A DNA stretch of 64,000 nucleotides, from the NCBI GenBank assembly GCA_009914755.4, contig CP086569.2:19808001-19872000 (forward strand), given 5' to 3'. Every line of letters begins with the position of its first letter. The first letter of the stretch is position 1. Below are positions 27,699 to 42,273 of the stretch, piece after piece. A program made the translations under genes and the position numbers. The DNA is from the human T2T-CHM13v2.0 reference genome, Homo sapiens. The notes beneath the pieces were generated by a model. The model was not told the DNA's origin and made no database searches. It saw only the letters and a list, made by a program, of their open reading frames with translations.

Positions 27699-28032
27699 AT
27701 AAATATCTCTGTTGCTGCATTTCATTTGTGTTGGGAAGGTCTCATAACCAGGTATAATTTTCCATATGCTTATCCATGTCTTAAGTGGTTTAGAAATTCA
27801 GAATGTTTTTCCTCACACTGACAATTTTAATGAAATTATATATGTCTTCAAAAGTTATTTCAGAAAATGGAGAAGAAACACTCAGAGACTTATTTTATGT
27901 CAATGTAATTTTAATATGAACTCCTGACAAAAATTCTACAAAGAGTAAATTATAGCATGATAATTTCTTACTAGAGTGGATACAAAAAATACTAAAGATA
28001 AAATCTCCACATACAGTAAGAATAAAAAAATT

Positions 28033-28348
28033 ATTTATTTATGTATTTATGTATTTATTTATTTTTTATGGACAGAATCTCACTCTGTTGCCTAAGCCAG
28101 AGTGCAGTGACGTGATCATAGCTCACTGTAGCTTTCAACTCCTGGGCTCAAGCAGTCCTCCAGCCTCAGCCTCCTGAGTGGCTGGGACTACAGGCATACA
28201 CCACCACACCCAGCAAATTTTTTAAATTTTTGTAGAGTCAGGGTCTCACCATATTGCCCAGGCTGGTCTTAAACTCCTAGGCTCAAGTTATTCTCCTGCC
28301 ACAACCTCCCGAAGTATTGGAATTACAGGTGTGAGCCCATAATCTGGC
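28033..28348 (-). mobile_element. Alu SINE (minus) with (TTTA)n-type tail
   Basis: ttatttatttatgtatttatgtatttatttattttttatggacagaatctcactctgttgcctaagccagagtgcagtgacgtgatcatagctcactg...ggaattacaggtgtgagcccataatctggcc. Confidence 0.9.
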
Positions 28349-28788
28349 CTGGAATTTCTTGATTTTGATCAGTGACATCTAATATAAAAACATACAGCTA
28401 ACATTCTGCTTTATAGTGAAATATGGAACACTGTCTTTTTTGAGATTGGGAGCTAAGCATTGATATGCACTATCACCTCATTTCCTCAAGATTGTACTGG
28501 AAGTCCCAGCCACTGCAGTGTTCCAAGAAAGACAGATATATTTCATATAGATTTTAAAACAATGAGTGAAATTGTCTATATCCAAAGACAATATGCTTTT
28601 CAAATGCAGAAATTCCTAATGAACATTCAAATCAATAGTAGAACCATTAAATGAACTTTGCAAGGTTGCAATTTACAAAGGTGATATAAATAAATCAATT
28701 TTTCTACATACTAGCAGCTAGCCATTATAAATAAAACTAAAAAATTCATTCCTTTTAGTATAAAAACAAACAGTAAATGTTTAGAATT

Positions 28789-29100
<312 letters not shown>

Positions 29101-29189
29101 AGAATATTTAAAAGAAAAAAAAATTATCCAAGATCTCACCACTGAAATCCACATAGCACGATTTTAAGAAAAGAAGAACGCTGAATTAA

Positions 29190-29527
29190 AAAGGATGAGT
29201 TCATGTCCTTTACAGTGACATGGATGAAGCTGGAGATCATCATTCTAAGTAAACTATCACAAGGACAGAAAACCAAACACCGCATATTCTCACTCATAGG
29301 TGGGAGCTGAACAATGAGAACACATGGTCACAGGGCGAGGAACATCACACACCAGGGCCTGTTGGGAGGTGGGGAGCTAGGGAGGGATAGCATTAGGAGA
29401 AATACCTAATGTAAATGACGAGTTGATGAGTGCAGCAGACCAACATGGCACATGTATACCTATGTAACAAACCTGCACGTTGTGCACATGTACCCTTTAA
29501 CTTAAAGTATAATAATAAAAAAAAGAA
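29190..29527 (+). mobile_element. L1 3'-terminal fragment (3'UTR) with poly(A)
   Basis: aaaaggatgagttcatgtcctttacagtgacatggatgaagctggagatcatcattctaagtaaactatcacaaggacagaaaaccaaacaccgcatattctcactcataggtgggagctgaacaatgagaacacatgg...gggatagcattaggagaaatacctaatgtaaatgacgagttgatgagtgcagcagaccaacatggcacatgtatacctatgtaacaaacctgcacgttgtgcacatgtaccc. Confidence 0.9.
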
Positions 29528-30021
29528 AATAAGAAGACTGAGATAAATTGGAATATATACCACGTGCATGGATTAAACGACTTAATGTTGTTAAATACAA
29601 AACCTTCTCAAATTGGTTGATATATTTAATGCAAATTTTCTCATTATACTGATAGGATTTTTAAGCAGAAATGGAGAAGTGTTATCTAAGTATTATCTGG
29701 AAATGTGAAGGACCAAGAAGAGACACATGATATTGAAAAAGAACTGTATATACAGGAGGTTGTGTAATCCCAGAATTTACTGTAAACATCAGGAATTCAG
29801 AGGTCCTGTTATTATTATACATAGAGGCAAATTAGCAATGCATAAAGAGGACATACACTGACCCTCATTTATATAGCATGTTGCTTTTTGGCAAGAATGC
29901 TAAAGGAATTAAATGGGAAAAGAAAGTCTAATAAATAGAGATAAAATAACTCAGTATTCACATAAAACATGGAGTTCTAAAACTTAGAACTATTTTTTAA
30001 GAAACCTATAAAAATTAGTAA

Positions 30022-30322
<301 letters not shown>

Positions 30323-31230
30323 GAGCACAGTTTTTTAGAGGAATCAATCTCAAATTACCTATGTGTGTTCATTATTCACATACATACATATATATGGCAT
30401 AGGTGTATAATTATATATGTCAATGTATAACCCTACCTCCCAATATTTTTCTTGGAAAATTCCTTTGAATTAGACTTACAAGGTCTTCAAAAATGACATG
30501 CAAGCCTTCATAATTAGTTATTTATTGCAAATTGTTATAGGTAAAATATGAGTTATGGTTTCACATTTGTGTACAATATACACAACAGCTAAAGGAACAT
30601 AGATGCTGTTAGATTTAGTAGATAATTTCAGTGACAAGAGGCCAAACCCAACTTATTTTTGCCCTTTTCAGGTATATTTCTTCCTATAACTAATAAGTTG
30701 TTTTAGATCATCTCTGAAATTGTTGCTTTTGTACATGAGGCATTCTATTATTCCATTACTCTGTTTTTCCCCATTTTTTTGGTTTCAAAATTAGAATGAT
30801 GCTTTCTAAAAATAGCAAGTTTTGTGAGATTGATCATTTTATCTTCCTGATGCTTCTCTCTTCCTCTCATTTTTCATTCTTGACCCTACCCAGGCATTCA
30901 TAGACTAAGACTCATTTTCAAAGTAAACAAAGCTCAATATTTTTCACTGTAGTCCAAAAGGGAATGCTGTTTATTGAGAAATGCAAAGATGATTTTGAAG
31001 AGCTATTTTGTAATCCCCTCCCCTCAACATTATGATTATTGATTTACAGCTTAGTGATGAAATCCCATGAGAACCAATGAATAAAAATAATATTTGAAGC
31101 ATAAAACAGTGCCAGCTTTGAAAACCTACATCACACATATCAAAATGATCTAACCTTGTAAGTCAGCATACTAACATCATCATATACAAGCAGAAAGTCT
31201 TGTTGCTTTTAATTTTTTTAAATTTATTTT

Positions 31231-31348
31231 AAAGTCAGGGTCTCACTATGTTGTGCAGGCTAGTCTTGAATTCCTGGGCTCAAGTATTCCTTCAGCCTCA
31301 GCCTCCCTGCTGTGTAGCTGGGACTAAACATGCGTGCCACCAAGCCTG
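31231..31348 (-). mobile_element. Alu right-arm/FLAM-like fragment (minus)
   Basis: aaagtcagggtctcactatgttgtgcaggctagtcttgaattcctgggctcaagtattccttcagcctcagcctccctgctgtgtagctgggactaaacatgcgtgccaccaagcctgg. Confidence 0.7.
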
Positions 31349-32394
31349 GAAAAAAGAAAAAAAAAAGAGAAAAAGAAAAATACACTAAGCTTCAAAAATA
31401 CTTTGGGTTTTTAATGTTCTCCTGCCATATAAGTTTTCATAGCTCAAGGGACTGTTTTGAGTTGTAGCATCTGTCTCAGTGTGGAGTTACTCCTTCAATA
31501 TAATAAAAACTAAGAGAATTTTCATCTCTATCTAAGGGTGCTATATATCTTAGCGATAGCACTGAGTTGTGATAACTTTTAAAAAGCTTATAAAATGATA
31601 TTTAAATAATTTTAAAAATGCAGCACAAAGAATAAATCAATGATTTTACAGAAATAAATGGTAATAGGAATGAATACACAATTATCCATGACATTTTAAA
31701 ATTAAGCTTTTTCTTCAAGATCTGGCAGGGGAAAAATAAAGGTTAGAAAGTAATGAGCTATATGTGAACATGACAAGAACAATTTTCAGTTGTACTCATT
31801 TGTCACCTGTCATTTAAGTTAAGCTGATATTTTGCTCTTAATCATTCCTCTGAAACCTACCCCAATGTGTAGGTTTCTGTCCCAGACTCCATTTATGGGA
31901 TGTCTGCTTTAAATTTCTTTTCAGGATAAATGCTTATAAAAGCAAGCAGGATGATTCGCTCATAGCCAAATGGACAGTTCTATTTAAAACACAATCAAAA
32001 TGGAAGTTAAAATTATTAAAAACATTTAAAATTTAATAATTGCAACATGTTTACTTTTGACTTCTAATCACTGTCTTACAAATTATTATCAGTGATTGGG
32101 CCAGATAACCTGCATTATATTGGAATTGATCTCCCAGGACCTTATTTATTTATTCAGCTTAAACGTAGCTCACTGTTGAGACTTGATTTATAGTCAGGGT
32201 ATACATTATTACTTAGAAAGGGCAGACCACTTTTAACAATCTAAAAGGAATAACTCATTAGTGAGCTATAAAGAAAGAATGATAATGGCTAATCTAAAAT
32301 ATTAAGATAGCAACTAACTATAATAGTCATTTTTAAATAAAATATACTCAAATATAAAAAATGTCAATTCAGATACAGAATGATAGAGCTGTCA

Positions 32395-32650
32395 TTATGA
32401 GATATATACATATATATAAAAAATATACACACATATACACATATATATGTGGGTATATATACATATACACACATGCATAATTATATTAATATAAATACAC
32501 AATATATTTTATAAATATAATTTACATGAATTGTTATGTATTATATGTCACATATAATATATAGTTATACATGTAATGTGTATATGTAATATACATATAT
32601 GTACATTATAGAAGGAAGGCTATACTGTATATCACATATAGTATAATTAA
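32395..32650. repeat. TA-rich low-complexity / (TATG)(TATA) microsatellite-like block
   Basis: gatatatacatatatataaaaaatatacacacatatacacatatatatgtgggtatatatacatatacacacatgcataattatattaatataaatac... Confidence 0.8.
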
Positions 32651-32663
32651 AATTTATATTTTA

Positions 32664-32800
32664 GGCCTGGCAAAGTGGCTTACACCTATAATCTCAACTG
32701 GGAGGCCAAGGTAGTAGGATAACTTGAGGCCAGGAGTTCACGACCAGTCTGGGAAACAATGAGTCTCCTTCTCTAAAAACAATAATACATAAGTAAACAG
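32664..32800 (+). mobile_element. free Alu left monomer (FLAM-like)
   Basis: ggcctggcaaagtggcttacacctataatctcaactgggaggccaaggtagtaggataacttgaggccaggagttcacgaccagtctgggaaacaatgagtctccttctctaaaaac. Confidence 0.6.
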
Positions 32801-33107
32801 GCCAGGCGTGGTGGCTCACACCTGTAATCCCAGCAGTTTGGAAGGCCAAGGCGGGTGGATTGCTTGAGGTCAGGAGTTCAAGAACAACCTTGCCAACATG
32901 GTGAAACCCCCATCTCTACTAAAAATACAAAAACATTAGCTGGGTGCACACCTGTATACCCAAATACTCAAGAAGCTGAAGGAGGAGGATCCCTTGAACC
33001 TGGGAGGAGGAGGTTTCAGTGAGCGGAGATTGTGACATTATAATCCAGCCTGGGCGGCACAGAGAGACTCCGTCTCAAAAAAAAAAAAAAAACAAAAAAA
33101 CAAAAAA
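32801..33107 (+). mobile_element. Alu SINE
   Basis: ggccaggcgtggtggctcacacctgtaatcccagcagtttggaaggccaaggcgggtggattgcttgaggtcaggagttcaagaacaaccttgccaacatggtgaaaccc...cagagagactccgtctcaaaaaaaaaaaaaaaacaaaaaaacaaaaaaa. Confidence 0.9.
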
Positions 33108-33221
33108 AGTAAACAAGTAAATGAAGAAATCAATAAATTAATTTTTCTATTATAATATACTATGTATATATGAAAAATTTATAATACATAATATATGTTA
33201 TTATTATAAACTTTTGTTTCT

Positions 33222-33500
33222 TCCTTTTTTTTGAGATGGAGTTTCATCTTGTTGCCCAGGATGGAGCACAACGGTGCAATCTTGGCTCACAACTTTAGCC
33301 TCCCAGTGCAAGTGATTCTCCTGCCTCAGCCTCCCTAGTAGCTGGGATTACAGGCATGTGCCAATATGCCCAGCTAATTTTGTATTTTTAGTAGAGACAG
33401 TGTTTCTCCATGTTGGTCACGCTGGCCTTGAATTCCTCACCTCAGGTGATCCTCTCACCTCAGCCTCCCAAAATGCTGGGATTAGAGGCATGAGTCACCA
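33222..33500 (-). mobile_element. Alu SINE (minus)
   Basis: tcttccttttttttgagatggagtttcatcttgttgcccaggatggagcacaacggtgcaatcttggctcacaactttagcctcccagtgcaagtgattctcctgcctcagcctccctagtagctgggattacaggcatgtgcc...ggattagaggcatgagtcacc. Confidence 0.9.
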
Positions 33501-33595
33501 AATATTTTCATATGATATATTAAATAATTACATAACTATAACATATTTACATAATGTTATATAAAATTTATATAACTAAAATAGAATTTATAAAG

Positions 33596-33690
33596 CCACC
33601 ATGGCACATATATACCTATGTAACAAACCTGCATGTTCTGAACGTGTATCCCAGAACTTAAAGTAAAATAATAATAAAAATAAAAAATTA
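33596..33690 (+). mobile_element. L1 3'-tip fragment
   Basis: caccatggcacatatatacctatgtaacaaacctgcatgttctgaacgtgtatcccagaacttaaagtaaaataataataaaaataaaaa. Confidence 0.65.
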
Positions 33691-34050
33691 TATTGAGATA
33701 TATTAATTATAACATATATCTTATTATATATAACATATTATATATAAGACATGTTATATGTTATAGTAACATAATTGTATAACTTATACAATATATAATT
33801 ATGTTGTAATTAATATATCTCATATGATATAAATACTATATATTACATTACAGTTATACTGTGATTATATGCTATATATATCACAGTATGTAGTATTACA
33901 TATTATAATAGTACATAATGAAACATTTTATGTTACATAATTATATTAGTATGTTGCATAATTATTATATTATTATGAGTAAATTATATTGCAATGGTTA
34001 TATTATATATAGTATATATTACATATTTTGGTCATGATGCCAAAACATAC
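33690..34050. repeat. AT-rich low-complexity (TA-rich, ~atataac-type motifs)
   Basis: ttatattgagatatattaattataacatatatcttattatatataacatattatatataagacatgttatatgttatagtaacataattgtataactt... Confidence 0.75.
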
Positions 34051-34771
34051 AAAGAGTAAATATGTTATTAATATAAAAGTATCATGTTTGAATATATTCA
34101 CAATATAGTTAGTACACACTGGAGTGACATAAATCTATGAGATGTATATGTTGAAACAGTTGAACCTATACTACCTACAGGGATGCATATCTGCAAGCAA
34201 GAATACCCTCTTCCCAGGTCTCAGTGCCTCTTCTTTTGCACCCATTCAACCTCATGGCACCATGAAGACCTCCTTCCCTAAGGAAAGGGAGGATTCCTAG
34301 ATCTGAGTCCCCTTGGGAAGGTGGTCTTTGGAAATAGCAGCCCAACAAGAACTTCTATGATCCTTCTGTAATTATGAGAGTCACAGCTAAGCTTTATCCC
34401 CTAGAATGTAAAGTCAGTTGAAATAAAGGCAAAGAGTCTGGGCTAGGGAAGCATCCCATGGAGATGTGGCCCAGTAGCTACAGAATGCTCCTCCCCTGGG
34501 CTTCCCGTGTCCTGCACATCCTCAACTCCACAGAAGCCCACAGCATTTTCACAGGGGAAGTCCCACGTTGTTTTGGTCTTTCTAATACCATCCTTCTCAA
34601 TGTCATGGCCATCAGACCAAATGAAATATGGCACACACACTTAAATCTTTTCCTGTTTGAAATGTAAGTATTTTTAACTTTGAAATGCTGCCTCTAAGAA
34701 ATATCTCCCCAACGGATGCTTATTGTAAATTCAGCTACCAATGCTCCTTTTCAAATAAAATGAATAATATT

Positions 34772-34852
34772 GAGATGGAATGTCACTCTGTTGCCGGCTG
34801 GAGTGCAGTGGTGTGATCATGGCTCACTGCAATCTCTGCCTCCTGAGTTCTG
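34772..34852 (-). mobile_element. Alu fragment (minus)
   Basis: gagatggaatgtcactctgttgccggctggagtgcagtggtgtgatcatggctcactgcaatctctgcctcctgagttc. Confidence 0.7.
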
Positions 34853-35261
34853 CTCCAAAAGAGTGAGCCAACCAATTAGCTCACAGGTGATTAATACTAT
34901 TTTGTAAATTGGCCTGATCACCAAACATCATGAATTTATGTCATGAATTTATTCTCGCTCCTCACAGACATGTCTTTTTCAGATGGTTTTTGATTCTTTG
35001 TGATTCCATAGAGTAGGAATGTTACCTCATTGTTCGACTCGCAATCCTGTGATATGTCATGAGTCTGAACATTTAACATAAGAATATAATCACTTTGTTT
35101 TGGAATTTGTGAGCCCACTCACATGTGGCTTCTTTGATGCCTTTGAAGTGCTTTGAAGCCAAAAGAACTGTCTTCTTGTGGTAAGGGGAGCCAGGAACAG
35201 CTGAGTAAAAACTACAGATAACCTTAAGCATCTTTCCTATTTGACTTCCTATTTATTTTAA

Positions 35262-35425
35262 GAACTTTTTTAGTTTTCCATATTTAGGGGAACGAATGCA
35301 GGTTTCTTATGTGCACGTATTTTATAGTGGTGAAGTCTGGGCTTTTAGTGAACCCATCAAACAAAGAGTGAGCATTGTGCCCAATAGGTAATTTCTCAAC
35401 CCCTACCCACTTCCACACTTCTGGG
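35262..35425 (-). mobile_element. L1 3'-end fragment (antisense), duplicate of the first ~170 bp of the element at 35688
   Basis: agaacttttttagttttccatatttaggggaacgaatgcaggtttcttatgtgcacgtattttatagtggtgaagtctgggcttttagtgaacccatcaaacaaagagtgagcattgtgcccaataggtaatttctcaacccctacccacttccacac. Confidence 0.7.
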
Positions 35426-35687
35426 GAAGATTCATATTTCTCCTTAGGCACTGATAAGTTCAAAAGTAAAGTTGGTTTCATAACCCTTCCATCAAGTCCT
35501 CCTGACAACAGCCCAAAGGCCTTGTGCAGAGCAAGCAGAAACTTGCCCACCATGTCAACTTCAAAGTGAATAATCATCACATCATTAATGAGCTTCTGAC
35601 AACTACTCATTGATTATGGAATCATAAAACACTAGAAAGTAAAGGGTGGAAGAGACTTCCAATACATCACTTTTGCTTATTTTCCTT

Positions 35688-36652
<965 letters not shown>

Positions 36653-36934
36653 TCTCTATCTTGGTTTTCAAAAAGGAGGAAGAAAGAAGGAAAGATGAGA
36701 ATAGATGACTTACAACCACAATGAACAATGTGCTGTCAACAATGTTGGATAGGTAGATCACATTTTTAGACTGATAAAAATTTGCAAAACAATTTTTTTG
36801 TTTTTTGTAAATTCTACATGCCTACACTCTTAACCCTTCAACACAAGAAGAAGGAATTTGGTTCTCTCTGAACAACTGCTCACACCTCATACTCATACTC
36901 ACCAAAATATTCTCCCAAATAAATCCTTCTGAGT

Positions 36935-37229
<295 letters not shown>

Positions 37230-37363
37230 CTATCTGTATAATGTGACTACATGTGCTGAATCATCTTCATTTATGCAACTGATTAGATAAATTTGGCACA
37301 AACTATTCAATTACCTGGCCAGAGTTCTCCAGAGAAACAGAACCAGTAGGGAAAATAATAGAG

Positions 37364-37640
37364 GCTGAGTGTGGTGGCTCACTCCTGTAATCCTAGCACT
37401 TTGGGAGGCTGAGGCAGGGGAATCACTAGGGACTAGGAGTTTAAGACCAGCCTGGCCAACATGGCAAAACCCCATCTCTACTAAAAATGCAAAAATTAGC
37501 TGGCCATGGTGGCACATACCTGCAATCCCAGCTACTCGGGGGGATGAGATAGGAAGATTGCTTGAGCCTGGGAGTTGAAGGCTATAGTGTGCCAAAATTG
37601 CAACACTGCAATCTAGCCTGGGCAAGAGAAGGAGATGTTC
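37364..37640 (+). mobile_element. Alu SINE
   Basis: ggctgagtgtggtggctcactcctgtaatcctagcactttgggaggctgaggcaggggaatcac...gcaacactgcaatctagcctgggcaagagaaggagatg. Confidence 0.9.
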
Positions 37641-37679
37641 TCTCTCTCTCTCAAGAGAGAAAGAAAGAAAGAAAAAGAA

Positions 37680-37860
37680 AAATAATAGATGACTGATAGA
37701 AGATAGATGTGACAGATGATAGATATGATAGATGATGATGATCAATATAGATAGATGATAGATACATGATGGAGATAGATAATAAACAGATAACCGATAC
37801 ATAGAGACATAATAAGATGGATAGATGGATAAGATAGATAGATAGATAGATAGATACATA
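37680..37860. repeat. GATA-rich tetranucleotide microsatellite region (imperfect, ending in pure (GATA)6)
   Basis: tagatgactgatagaagatagatgtgacagatgatagatatgatagatgatgatg...ggatagatggataagatagatagatagatagatagatacataaag. Confidence 0.9.
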
Positions 37861-38638
37861 AAGATTTATTATGGGAATTGAAGTTATTATGGAGGCTGAG
37901 AGGTCCCAAGCCTTACTACGTGCAAGTTGGAGAAAGAGGAAAGCTGGTGTTGTAATTCCAGTATTTCCGAAGGCTGCGAACCAGAGAGTTCACCATGTAA
38001 CTATCAGTCCAAGATCAAGGTCCTGAGAATATGGGACATCACTAGTGTCAGTTCCAGATATGAAGGTTCTGTCTTCTAAGAACCTAAGTTAGGGTGACAG
38101 AGAGCAGAAGAAGATGACTGCCCAGCTTGAGAGAGAGCAAATTCACCTTTCCTCTGTTATTTTTTTTCTACCTCTGGTGCTGTACAGTCTGAATCATCAT
38201 GTCCACTCACATTGCTGAGGGTGGGTCTGCCGTCCTCAGTCCACCAGTTCAAAGGCCAGTCTATTCCAGAAACCTGCTCACAGGCACACACCTGGTATCC
38301 CTCAGATAGCTAAAGTTGCTGCCTAAAATTAATCATCACAATAGTGTTGTCTGAAATCAAATGGACGGGGTCCAGCACGTGTTGGTGTGTGCAGCAAATA
38401 TATCATCCATACCAAGCCACTTGGTGGTAACAGCCAGGTGTTGGCTTCAAGGAAGGGCCTGATAGAGTAAATGGAAACTGTTCCACCAAAGCAGGGGTTC
38501 TTCAGGCATAGACTCTCTTGAGACCTATATGGCTGTCTACTAGTTTAAGCATTCTAACATTATGTATGCCCTATATCAAACCTCATAAAAGAGTTGATAT
38601 GGCTGATAGACTATCATTACAGATTGAAAATTGGTTAA

Positions 38639-38930
38639 GGCCAGGCATAGTGGCTCATGTTTGTAATCCCAGCACTTTGGCAGGCTGAGGCAGGTAAATG
38701 GGTTGAGTTCAGGCATTTGAGACCAGCTGGGGCAACATGGTGAGACCTCTAACTTTGGAAAAAACTCAAACATTATTTGGGCATGATAGTATAGTACCAG
38801 CTACTTAGACAGCTGAGATGGGAGGATCATCTGAGCTTAGGGAGATCAAGGCTGCAGTGAGCTGTGATGGCACAACTGCACTGCAGCCTGGGTGACAGAG
38901 TTACACTCTGTCTCAAACAATTACAATAAT
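38639..38930 (+). mobile_element. Alu SINE
   Basis: ggccaggcatagtggctcatgtttgtaatcccagcactttggcaggctgaggcagg...ctgcagcctgggtgacagagttacactctgtctcaaacaa. Confidence 0.9.
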
Positions 38931-39624
38931 AAGAAGTCAAGCAACATTTTGGTGCATATTTTAAATACTTCAAAAATACCAAGGCAAAGTTAAGAAGTAG
39001 CCAGTGTCACACATGGAATCTCTTCCTTTTAAGCTGGAAGTGGAATCACATGTTCTAACATTGGACTTCTGCTGCTGCATTTAGGTCTCATAAAGGGAAC
39101 ATACTTTGGGGTTGCAAATTCAGAAAGAAAACAAGGCTGTGATTGACTTTACCCTACTGCTGGAAATCTGGTTCCAAATAGTCCTTTGTCTCATACCCAT
39201 TGTTCAAATCAAGAAACTGTTCATCGCTAAACCAAACCCTGGGATTAGCATTGACTCCCACACTTGAGGTTTTACATGCATGAAAAGACCAGGCTTAGAA
39301 AATTAGTTCAATAAAAAATAATAGATTTTTTGCCTATTTAGCTTGAAAATGGGGAGTTTAAAGATGATTGGCTAAATTATCTTCAAAATATTTTAATTGT
39401 ATGCAGAAGATATTCATTCATTATCCTAAGTATAAAATGAATAAACAGACAGCTAAAACATATCCAGAAAGTATTTGGGTGTAAGTCAACCTAATTACAA
39501 GTTGATTATACATTAGTCAAGACTAATAAGGAAGACTGATTTCAGAATTTTCAGGTGTAAGTGTAAGTTTTTTTTTTTCCCTCACCATCTTCAGGTGTAA
39601 GAATAAGGTTTTTTTCATTTTAGG

Positions 39625-39925
39625 TTTTGTTTTCTTCTGTTTTTGAGACACAGCCTCACTCTATTATCCAGGCTGGGGTGTAGTGGTGCGACTGTGTCTC
39701 ATTGCAGCCTCCAACTCCCAGGCTCAAGCCATCCTCCCATTTCAGACTCTTGAGTAGCTGGGACTAAGAGAGAACACCACCACACCTGGCTACTTTTTAT
39801 ATTTTTTGTACAGACAGGTTCTCCCTATGTTTCCTAGGCTGGTCTCAAACTCTTGACCTCAACCAATTCTCCAGCCTCAGCTTCCCAAAGTACTGAGATT
39901 ACAGGTGTGAGCCACCATGTCCTGC
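39625..39925 (-). mobile_element. Alu SINE (minus)
   Basis: tttgttttcttctgtttttgagacacagcctcactctattatccaggctggggtgtagtggtgcgactgtgtctcattgcagcctccaactcccaggctcaagcc...gagattacaggtgtgagccaccatgtcctgc. Confidence 0.9.
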
Positions 39926-40933
39926 AGGGAATAATTTTTTTTTTTTAAGGAAGAAAATGTTATTTGTCCTGAAAAACTTAGATATCTAGCCATCTTTAAA
40001 AAAGGAATTAAACTAGATAATCTATTTAGGTTTTATTCATGTATGTGTGAGCATCCATAAATATATGTTACTGCAAACAGATATCTGAGTTCCTAAACAG
40101 AATATGGCTTATTACTATGAAACACAATCAGTTTCCCAACATTTTTTTCATAAAATAGTTGACTCTTTATCTAGAAGATCTTTTCTGTATTTTTTCTTGG
40201 CCTTCCAAAAATAGCATAGAATGAAACAGAGAGCCATAACTGAGAGTATTAAGTGTCAGACTCAGCCTACACACCTATATGGGTGAACTATGACAGTCAG
40301 GCAAAGGTAATACACACCTGTCTTTGGAAGAAGAACTTACAATTGACCTTTGAACAACATGAGTTTGAACTGCATTGGAGGTCCTGAGACAGCAGGACCA
40401 ACCCCTCCTCTTCATTCTCCTCCTCAGCCTCTTCAGTGTGAAGATGACGTGAGGAAGACCTTTACGATGATCCACTACTACTTGATAAACAGTAACTATA
40501 TTTCATTTTTTTAGGATTTTCTTAATAACATTTTTTCTCTACCTTATTTTATTGTAACAACACAGTATATAGTATACATAACATACAAAATATGCGTTAG
40601 TTGACTCTCTATGTTATTGTAAGGCTTCTGGTCTTTTCAGCAGTATATTAACTGTTAAGTCTTGGAGGAGTTAAAAGTAATACATGGATTTTTGACTGCA
40701 TGGGAGAGTAAGTGCCCCTAATCTCTACACTGTTCAAGGGTCATCTGTATATTGAAAATATAGTCTTTTTACCAATGAAAATATCTTTCACGTACTAATG
40801 CAAGATGAATGCTGCATAGACTCAACTATATTTTACTCCTTAAACCAAGACATATATATATACTTGGAAATTGTCACTGTATGGTATTGTAATACCTAAC
40901 TCAGGATATATTGGCTGTTATAAAAAGTTCCTC

Positions 40934-41224
40934 CTGCCTGGTATGGTGGGCTCATGCCCGTAATTCCAACGCTTTGGGAGGCCCAGGTGGGAGGATCCCT
41001 TGAAGCCAGAAGTTTGAGACCAGCCTGGGCCACATTCGGAGACCCCATCTCTATAAAAAAAAAAAAAAAAAAAAAATTAAAAGTAGCCAGGCTTGGTGGT
41101 GCACACCTGTAGTCACAACTACTTGGGAGGCTGAGGTGGGAGGACCCCTTGAGCCCAGGAGTTCAAGGCTGCAGTGAGCTATGATCACACCACTGCACTC
41201 CAGCTTCGGTGACAGAGCAAGATG
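40934..41224 (+). mobile_element. Alu SINE
   Basis: ctgcctggtatggtgggctcatgcccgtaattccaacgctttgggaggcccaggtgggaggatccc...ctccagcttcggtgacagagcaagatg. Confidence 0.9.
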
Positions 41225-41400
41225 AGAGAGAGAGAGAGAGAGAGATGGAGAGAGAGAGGGAGAGGGAGAGGGAAGTTTCTCCTGTATAATTATTTTTAAT
41301 ATGAGAAAAAGAGACAGAGGGAGAGAGTGAGGAGGGGAGACAGAGAGAGGAAGGAAAGAAGGAAGGAAGGAAGGAAGGAGAGAGAGAGAGAAAGTTTCTC
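41224..41400. repeat. (GA)n / (GGAA)n purine microsatellite with a duplicated aagtttctcct...ataatt motif
   Basis: agagagagagagagagagatggagagagagagggagagggagagggaagtttctcctgtataattatttttaat...ggaaggaaagaaggaaggaaggaaggaaggagagagagagagaaagtttctcctcaataatt. Confidence 0.85.
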
Positions 41401-41408
41401 CTCAATAA

Positions 41409-41710
41409 TTTTGTTTTTTGTTTTGAGACAGAGTCTCACTCTGTAGCCCAGGCTTGAGTGCAGCGGTGCAATCTCGGCTCTCAGCAGCCTCCATCTCCCA
41501 GGTTTAAGTGATTATTCTGCCTCAGTCTCTGGAGTAGATGGGACTACAGGAACATGCCACCATGCTGGGCTAATTTTTGTATTTTTTTTTTTAGTAGAGA
41601 TGGAGTTGCACCATATTGGCCAGGCTGGTCTTGAACTCTTAACCTCATGATCTGCCCACCTTGGCCTCCCAAAGTGCTGCAATTACAGGCATGAGACACT
41701 GTCACTGGCC
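41409..41710 (-). mobile_element. Alu SINE (minus)
   Basis: tttgttttttgttttgagacagagtctcactctgtagcccaggcttgagtgcagcggtgcaatctcggctctcagcagcctccatctcccaggtttaagtgattattctgcctcagtctctggagtagatgggactacagg...aattacaggcatgagacactgtcactggcc. Confidence 0.9.
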
Positions 41711-41977
41711 AATTATTTTTAATATAACCCAAATAGTGACCAACTATAAAGAGAAGGCAGAAAATAGTGCCAAAACCTTTTCTCACCTTTAGAGATAAAA
41801 TGCCCTTGTTGGTATGGTCTGTTCTTTTAAGTCTGTTGTCATTTGGTATTAGAAAGAGAAATTTAACATATGGAGTTTCTCGTGGAAACTTCCTTTGAAC
41901 TGGTTTCGCTTGGGTTCATTTGATAAATTTACATCTGTTTATTTTTTACGCCTCCAAATGTAACCACACAACCACCT

Positions 41978-42273
41978 ATTTATTTATTTATTTTACTTTT
42001 TTGGGATGGAGTTTCACTCTGCCATCCAGGCTGGAGTGCAGTAGTGCAATCTCTGCTCACTGCAGCCTCTGACTCCTGGGTTTAAAAGATTCTCCTGACA
42101 GCCTCCCGCGTAGCTGGGACTACAGTGGCTATTTTTTTTTTTTTGCATTTTTAATAGATAACGGGGTTTCATCATGTTGACAAAGCTGGTCTCCAATTCC
42201 TGACCTCAGGTGATCCACCCATCTCGGCCTCCCAAAGTCCTGGGATTCCAGGCATGAGCTACTGTGCCCAGCC
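41978..42273 (-). mobile_element. Alu SINE (minus)
   Basis: tttatttatttattttacttttttgggatggagtttcactctgccatccaggctggagtgcagtagtgcaatctctgctcactgcagcctctgactcctgggtttaaaagattctcctg...ctgggattccaggcatgagctactgtgcccagcc. Confidence 0.9.

Noticed and set aside
37311-37859. 182-aa minus-strand ORF
   Set aside because: Spans an Alu plus the GATA-rich microsatellite. The reading frame is maintained only by repeat periodicity.
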